A DNA stretch of 49,181 bases, taken from assembly GCA_001275005.1 (NCBI GenBank), contig JWZX01003254.1:1-49181 (forward strand). Direction: 5' to 3'. This stretch comes from Chrysochromulina tobinii (taxonomy: Eukaryota). Shown here piece after piece: positions 43,169 to 49,181 of this stretch; positions within the stretch are counted from its first letter, which is position 1, and each line of letters begins with the position of its first letter. The notes under the pieces were generated by a model that made no database searches, was not told the DNA's origin, and saw only the letters and a list, made by a program, of their open reading frames with translations. The position numbers and the translations under genes were made by a program.

Positions 43169-44904
43169 TCAAAAGTCCTTGAGGCTCCACGCGTCAAACC
43201 ACGGAAGCGTCCACTTCGACGGGTTGGTGGGCGGCACGACCGCCGCGCACAGCGTGCTGGGGTTGCCGTTGCCGTCGTCGGCCGTCACGAGCCCCGGCGC
43301 GCCCGCCGCGGGCAGCTCGAACGCCTCGTTCCACGCGGGCGGCGACCCGCACGCGTACGCGATGATCGGGTTGCCCGCCACGAGCTGCTGGTTGGCGACG
43401 TTCCACGACACGCACCCAGCGTCCCTCGCGTGGGGCGTCGACGTGACGGCGCCCGAGCCGCCGCCGGCCGCGTGCCAGCGCTGCAGCGGGTCGGCCGCGC
43501 TGCACGCCGCCAGCTCCAGCGCGCCGCGGTTGGCGCCGTCGGGCGACTGCGAGACGCACAGCCCCGTCGTCACGTGCGTGACGGACGCGTCGCTCGGCGA
43601 CAGAAGGAACGCGGGCGCCGTGAGGCAAATGTCGAGCACAAACACCCAGCCCGGCGCGGGCGTCGCGGGCGCGGGGCCCGACGGCGGCAGCAGCGGCAGC
43701 CAGATGGCCGTCATGTTGTCCAGCCCGCCCGGGCCGTTCTCGTTCCACCGGTCCGCCATCCAGATGTGCGTGACGTGGCCGTCGGCGTGCACGAACGGGA
43801 AGATGAACGTGGACTGGGAGTCGTACGTGTTGGAAGATGAACTCGGGTTGTAGTTGTTGACCCACTGCGCGCCCACGAGGCTCGCGTTGGGCGACGTGAC
43901 GAACTGCGCCGCGTTGGAGGCCCACCCGGTGAGGTGCGAGCCCGCCGCGTGCAACGTGCCGTTGACGTCGCGCATGAGCGCCTGGCCCTCCATGTCGGGG
44001 CCCGCCGACACGATCCCCGCGGGGGTCGTGCCCGTCCAGTCGGCCGTCAGCTGCGAGATCCCCGCGTACTTGTTGCCCACCGACCGAATTAGGTACGCGT
44101 GGCCGTCGCCGCCGAGCGCCGGGTCGTCGTAGAACGTGCCCATGTCGTACGAGTCCTGGCCATCGGGGCGGAAGCAGGGCGTCACAAACTTGAACGGGCC
44201 CGTGACCGCGTCCGCCGTGAGCACGCCCACGGAGCGCATGGCGAAGCCGTCCGTGTCGCAGTGAAACCACAGCAAGTACTTCTTCGTCGTCGGGTTGCGC
44301 ATGAGCTTCGGGCGCTCCATGCGGTAGTACGGCTCCTTGTCGAAGGGCGGAGGTGCCAGAATGTCACTGCAGAGCGCGGGTGGGTGGCGGCGCCGCGCGG
44401 ACGCGAGGTCAAGACGGCCAGTGGACGGGGGGCGTGCGCGCGGGGCGGGCTTGCGGCGGCGCGAGCGCGGCGCGGGGCGGCCGGGCAGGGCCCGCACCTG
44501 TTGTTGAGCGCGCAGCCTTCGAACTTCCAGGCCTGAAGGTCCGTGCTGCTGAACAGATTGAAGCACGCGGAGATGTCCTGCGCAGGCGGGCGCGGGTGTT
44601 GGGTGGGGGCGACAATGGGCCGCTGCTACGTGGAGGGCGGCGGAGCGCGCAGCCTGTGTGCTGATCCACACTCTGCAGCTGCGGGCACCCCCCCCCAGCT
44701 CATACTCACCCCGCTGAGCACCTTCTTGCCCTCGCCGATCAGGTAGTAGACGCCGCCCTCGACGTACATGTTCGCGCCGCCAGCAAACACGCGATTGCCG
44801 TCCGTGTCGTACCAAGGAACGCCCGAGCGAATGACCGCCGTCTCGGGGCCCGCCGCGGCGGCGGCGGCTGCCGCCAGCGCGACGACGAGCGCTGGGGTCC
44901 GCAT
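43169..44904 (-). CDS. Secreted GH43 (subfamily 24-like, exo-beta-1,3-galactanase type) glycoside hydrolase with a ricin-B/CBM13-like domain, 3 exons, about 490 aa
   Basis: Exons 44904-44710, 44577-44498 and 44366-43169 join in frame. Signal peptide; WYDTDGN..GG, YYLIGE, MERPK, GPF, SYDM, SHLTGW, YDSQSTF, MADRW; GLCV..LAAC..QRW repeats. Confidence 0.85.
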
Positions 44905-44976
44905 TTTTGGTGTGAAGCTGATACAAAATCGCGTCGTGTCGGTTCGAAGCCCCTTCTGTTGAGCACAAAGACAGCG
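44905..44976. promoter_or_regulatory. Very short bidirectional promoter region between the GH43 gene and LRRIQ3
   Basis: Divergent ATGs at 44904 and 44977; contains GTGTGAA (44910-44916). Confidence 0.55.
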
Positions 44977-47900
44977 ATGGCCCCGCTCTCCAAACTGGAC
45001 GCGTGGACCATCGTCGAGCGCACGACCAAGGAGACGGCCAAGGAGGCGGTCGGGCTCGATCTGCGCGAGCTCGCGCTGAACGACGTCGACGAGATCGGCG
45101 TGTGCTCCTCACTGCAGGTTGTGCTGCTCTCAGCCAACCTCTTCCAGCAGCTCAGCCCGAACGCGTTCTTCCAGTGCACGCGGCTAAAGAAGCTCGACCT
45201 TGCGCGCAACGGAATCACCGCGCTGCCCGATCGCAACATCTGGGGCCAGCTGCGTGAGCTCGTCGTCCTCTACCTGCACGACAACCAGCTAGGGTCGCTG
45301 CACGCGCTCGGCGAGCTCGTCGGTCTGCCAATGATATTGCGGCTCACGGCTTACGACAATCCGCTAGCCAAGCACCCAAGCTACCGACACTACTGCGTCA
45401 ACTCGCTCATCTCGCTCAGGGCGCTCGATCTTCACGTCGTCTCTGATGAGGAGCTCATCGAGGGCGCCACCTTTCCCCCGTCGCTCTGCACCAAATGCCC
45501 GGCGGCGTCGTTGCCGATCTTCGCGCCGCTGCCACCGCAGCATCTACCGGCGCCCGCGACGGACCAGGCGCTGCTCGCCGAGCTTCGCACCGAGCTGCGC
45601 GAGCTCAACCATACCCACGCGCGCCTCTCGCCCGTGCTCAAGCTGCAGTCGGCCGCGCGGTCCATTGTGCCACGAAGGCGGCTCGCAGTCCTAAAAAAGG
45701 AGTCGGGGCAGGCGGCGGCGGCGAAGGAGTACGCAAGGCAAAAGCTGGCGCAGGATAAGGCGCGAAGGGAGGCGGAGGAGAGGGAGAGGGCGGAGGCCGC
45801 GGAGCGCGAGCGCCTCGAGAAGCTTGCCGCCTCGGGCCGGCCGACGAGCCACATCGAGGCTACGAAGGAGTTGCTGGCGGCGCCGTCCCCCAAGGCGCCC
45901 ACGCCGCAAGCGTTTGCAGTCGCGCTTGCAGCAACTGCGGCGCCAGCGGAGCCGTCGCCGAAAGCACCCACGCCCAAGGATCCATCGCCGTTGGCGCCCC
46001 CGCCCAAGGACCCATCGCCAAAAGTACCCACGCCCAAGGACCCATCGCCAAAAGTACCCACGCCCAAGGACCCATCGCCGAAAGCACCCACGCCCAAGGA
46101 CCCATCGCCGAAGCAGCCGCTGCCGCCGAGCGACCCCCCAACGCCGGAACAGGAGAAGGCGGCGGTGAGCGTGCAGGCGGCCGTCCGTGGGCACGTTTCG
46201 CGCCGGGCCAACCTGGCGCGCCACACGGCCAACCTGCACGCCCCCTACCTATACGTGCAGACGCGCCACGTGCACGAGCTCGAGGCACTACTGCTGGAGG
46301 CACTCGGCCGCGAGCTGGCGGAGCAGGTCTACTTCGAGCCGACTGACTGCTATACGATCCGGCACAGTGGCGAGCTGCCTACCGACCTGACGAACCCGCC
46401 ACTCAGTGGGCTGCTCATCCGGCAGCGCGCGCAGCAGCCGCCAAAGTACAAACTGCGCCTCACGTGCATGCCGCGAGAGGCCAAGGAGCTGAAGGCGCTG
46501 TCCCGTTCATATGTGCGTCCGACCAAAGCGGAGCTGCGCCTGCTTCAGAAGGCTTTCGAGGCCGCCGACCGCGAGGACCGCGGCGTGCAGATGTCGTACG
46601 TGCGCCGGCAGCTCGTGCGCCTCGTGCTGCCCGATGTGATCCACTTTGGCGCCGTGTTGAACGCTGCGAGCGCGCGCAACGCGGACCTGTTGAGGACGAT
46701 GGGCGTGGACCCCAGTCAAGCGGCCTTGTCGCCCAAGGTGCTTTCCGAGCTCCTGGTGCCACTCACGCCGCCGGCAATCGACGTGGTCCTTGCGACGGTC
46801 ACCTTGCAGCGCGTGTGGCGTTCGATTGCGTGCCGCGCCAAAGTGCAGCCCTCGCTCACCCAGCGCCTGATCCGGCTGCGTGCGTCTACCCGGATGCAGC
46901 GCTGGTGGCGTTGGTGGCTCGTCAAGGAGCGCCTCCGCATGCTGCGCCTCGTGCGCGAGCGAGTCATCGCCACCACGTCGAACAAGCTCTACCTGCCCAC
47001 CGCCGTGTACGAGGATCTCAAAGGCAAGTATCCGCTCCATGCCAAAGGGCTCTGGCCAGAGCACTCGTCGCTCAAGTTTACCTTTGCGCACACGCATGAG
47101 CAGAACCTGCAGTACTTTGTTCTCCCGGACGCACTGCGCCCCGAGATGCCGCACTGGGCGGCGCCGCGCATCCCCATCGCGCAGACGCGCTCGCTACAGC
47201 AGCCTCAGGAGTCTCTGGCGCTGCTCACCGTCGGCGTGCGCATGGCGTCGGTGCCCAAGGCGCAGCTCAAGCGTTTCGTCAGCCGCGAGTGGACCTGCCT
47301 CGGCTTCCTTTCGACCCTCGAGGCATCGCGCCGTGTGGCGCTGCTCACTGCAATCTCGTACGAGCCTCTCGCGTTGCGCACCATCCATGGCCGTCTGCAG
47401 GGGACGTACTTTGCTCCGCTGTTCCTGTACACGTGGGAGGAGCTCGAGCGCTGGGAGGCGGCGAGTTGCATCCAGGCCGCCGCCCTTGCGATGCGCTCGC
47501 GCAAGCTCTTCAGCGTCATGCTCAAGCACGCGCGCGCCAGGATGGAGGAGGAGCGAAAAGGGCGCGCCGCCGCTCGTGCGAAAAACTCCCTCTTCAGCCA
47601 GGTCGGGTCGATCGACGTGGAGGCGACCGTACCGCCACCCCCGAAAGAGCTGGCGACACGCCCACAGACCTCGCCCGCGACAGGGCCCAACCTGAACCTG
47701 TCACTCGAGCAGCTCGAGCGCATGATCGATGGGCAGGCGGAGGTGCTTGGCGTGTACGGCCTGCCGCCAACCATCTCGGCGCAGGGCGAGATCGGCAAGG
47801 TACTCTCGGAGCAGCTCGCGCGGGAGGCCAAGGGTGTCCGCGAGATGAGCGCCGCGACGAGCCTCTTGCTGGCGGAGCGACGCGCGGCTGAGGTCGCTGC

Positions 47901-48816
47901 TGCGCGCGAGATGATGAGGGAGGTGCGAGATGCGCGCGAGGCGCGCTTCGGCGGCGCCGACGAGAGTGCCTTCTCTCCCTTGAGTCCCTTGAGTCCGGGT
48001 GCAGGCGATACGGCGGAGATGGTGGGTGGCGGCCACCCGTCGGCTCGCGCACTGATGGCGATGATGCAGAGCGTCGTGATGAGTCGCGAGGAGTCGTACG
48101 AGGACGTGGCGGCGCTGCAGGCGAGGCAGGAGGCCGAACGCCGGAGCGTCACTGCGATGATGCGCGCCGAGCTCAAGCAGGCCCATGCCGAGCTACTCGC
48201 AGATAAGGAGCTCGAGCGGCAGGAGCTCCTCGTCCAGAGCCGTCTCGAGCGACGCCAGCTGCAGCACGCCCTGGACGAGCGGCACCGCGCGCTCAACGCC
48301 GAGGTCCACCTGAAACAGACGGAGGCGCGCGCTCTCAAGGAGGCCATCGCCGGGCGCAAGGCGTCGCGCAGCTTCACCGGCAGCTTCGTGCGCCAGCAAA
48401 ATGCGATGATCCGTCAGTTGCAGTTGGGCGACCTGCGCCGACGAAAGGAGGAGGTGCTTCAAGCGACGCAGCAGCACACGGAGCAGCAGCGCAGGCAGGC
48501 GGAGGACTTCAAGCATTCGGCGGCTTCCGAGGCGCGCAGGCGCGCTCAGGCGCTGCGCGAGGGCAACCGGAAAGAGAAGCTCGAGCTCGAAAAGAAGCGC
48601 GAGGCGGTCGAGGTGACTCGGCAGCGAGAGCTAGACCTTGTGCACCTCAAGCAGCTGCAGCTTCGCGAGATCCGCACGATGCTCTCCCAGCCCGTTGACC
48701 TCTCTACTGGCCTGCCCGCCTCGATGGCTACAGCTACGGCTGCGGGGTTGATGACTATTGGGCGGCCTTCCTCTCCCAAGAACCTCAATGAGCCAGGGTC
48801 CACGACTCCCACTTGA
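44977..48816 (+). CDS. LRRIQ3: Leucine-rich repeat and IQ-motif protein, LRRIQ3-like
   Basis: LDLARNGITALPD..LVVLYLHDN..LTAYDNPL..YRHYCVNSLISLRALDLHVVSDEELI; IQ-like motifs LQSAAR, VQAAVRGH, LQRVWR, MQRWWR, IQAAA; C-terminal coiled coil. ATG at 44977. Confidence 0.8.
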   Translation: MAPLSKLDAWTIVERTTKETAKEAVGLDLRELALNDVDEIGVCSSLQVVLLSANLFQQLSPNAFFQCTRLKKLDLARNGITALPDRNIWGQLRELVVLYLHDNQLGSLHALGELVGLPMILRLTAYDNPLAKHPSYRHYCVNSLISLRALDLHVVSDEELIEGATFPPSLCTKCPAASLPIFAPLPPQHLPAPATDQALLAELRTELRELNHTHARLSPVLKLQSAARSIVPRRRLAVLKKESGQAAAAKEYARQKLAQDKARREAEERERAEAAERERLEKLAASGRPTSHIEATKELLAAPSPKAPTPQAFAVALAATAAPAEPSPKAPTPKDPSPLAPPPKDPSPKVPTPKDPSPKVPTPKDPSPKAPTPKDPSPKQPLPPSDPPTPEQEKAAVSVQAAVRGHVSRRANLARHTANLHAPYLYVQTRHVHELEALLLEALGRELAEQVYFEPTDCYTIRHSGELPTDLTNPPLSGLLIRQRAQQPPKYKLRLTCMPREAKELKALSRSYVRPTKAELRLLQKAFEAADREDRGVQMSYVRRQLVRLVLPDVIHFGAVLNAASARNADLLRTMGVDPSQAALSPKVLSELLVPLTPPAIDVVLATVTLQRVWRSIACRAKVQPSLTQRLIRLRASTRMQRWWRWWLVKERLRMLRLVRERVIATTSNKLYLPTAVYEDLKGKYPLHAKGLWPEHSSLKFTFAHTHEQNLQYFVLPDALRPEMPHWAAPRIPIAQTRSLQQPQESLALLTVGVRMASVPKAQLKRFVSREWTCLGFLSTLEASRRVALLTAISYEPLALRTIHGRLQGTYFAPLFLYTWEELERWEAASCIQAAALAMRSRKLFSVMLKHARARMEEERKGRAAARAKNSLFSQVGSIDVEATVPPPPKELATRPQTSPATGPNLNLSLEQLERMIDGQAEVLGVYGLPPTISAQGEIGKVLSEQLAREAKGVREMSAATSLLLAERRAAEVAAAREMMREVRDAREARFGGADESAFSPLSPLSPGAGDTAEMVGGGHPSARALMAMMQSVVMSREESYEDVAALQARQEAERRSVTAMMRAELKQAHAELLADKELERQELLVQSRLERRQLQHALDERHRALNAEVHLKQTEARALKEAIAGRKASRSFTGSFVRQQNAMIRQLQLGDLRRRKEEVLQATQQHTEQQRRQAEDFKHSAASEARRRAQALREGNRKEKLELEKKREAVEVTRQRELDLVHLKQLQLREIRTMLSQPVDLSTGLPASMATATAAGLMTIGRPSSPKNLNEPGSTTPT
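45952..46113 (+). repeat. 30-bp coding minisatellite (5 units, KAPTPKDPSP)
   Basis: aaagYacccacgcccaaggacccatcgccR units at 45961, 45991 (variant), 46021, 46051 and 46081. Confidence 0.9.
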
Positions 48817-49007
48817 CGGGGCCACCATACATTGTTTCAGGCATACACTTCTATACACTATAGTAGACTCTGGATGGGAGGACGAGCTTTTCGGCATGTG
48901 TTACAGTACCCGAATGAAACGTCCGCCCTGGCGTGGTGTGGCTTTCGTTCGATTTACTATTACTTGTTCGTATTACGAATTCCAATTGCACATTACGGTT
49001 TGTCGTT

Positions 49008-49181
49008 TCCTGCGTTTACGCGGTCGGGGGTGCGTATAGCCGTATACGCAGAAACCTGTGTATACGCGAGGGGGTACGTATACGCACCCGCTTTGTATAC
49101 GTACTACCGCTCGCGTAAACGTATCTAGCCGCGTATACGCACCCGGGTGCGTGTACGCACCCGCTGCGTAAATGCACCCAG
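49008..49181. repeat. Cluster of palindromic GCGTATACGC / TACGCACCC motifs running off the window edge; possible end of a non-autonomous element
   Basis: Repeated gtatac(gc) cores and tacgcaccc/gggtgcgta in both orientations, e.g. gcgtatacgcacccgggtgcgt at 49131-49152. Confidence 0.55.

Noticed and set aside
44925..44960. GGTTCGAAGCCC, resembling a tRNA T-loop/B-box
   Set aside because: No T-stem, acceptor stem or cloverleaf can be formed; at most an isolated B-box-like word.
44367..45112. N-terminal part of the 647-aa ORF 43169-45112
   Set aside because: Reads through two introns and into LRRIQ3; the spliced 3-exon model restores the GH43 motifs and signal peptide.

Overview
GC-rich, intron-containing, gene-dense eukaryotic nuclear DNA. 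It is most likely from a haptophyte alga (inference from composition, short GT/GC-AG introns, bipartite signal-plus-transit presequences and telomere-like intron repeats). About 20 protein-coding genes can be supported: an EcKL/phosphotransferase, a TRIP4/ASC-1-AlkB fusion, a cytosolic-type AspRS with a presequence, an HMG-box protein, a WW/CCCH protein, a Deg/HtrA protease, an ENOD93/Rcf2-like protein, a Ham1-like/xanthine PRTase fusion, PDS5, a DHH-DHHA1-CBS protein, a phosducin-like protein, a small membrane protein, a coiled-coil protein, an SGNH hydrolase, ValRS, a Cys-repeat type I membrane protein, an APE1L-type AP endonuclease, a compact BET protein, a GH43+ricin hydrolase and LRRIQ3. 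No rRNA, tRNA, CRISPR array or transposase was seen. Most notable: (1) a single spliced ORF joining the ASC-1/RQT subunit TRIP4 (C2HC5 finger + ASCH) to an AlkB dioxygenase with its catalytic motifs intact; (2) a probably plastid-targeted Bacillus-type xanthine PRTase fused to an eroded Ham1/RdgB domain; (3) several introns whose ends are copies of the flanking exon; (4) six tight head-to-head gene pairs and a recurrent TTCACAC motif just upstream of start codons. All family calls come from motif recognition by eye; no database search was run.
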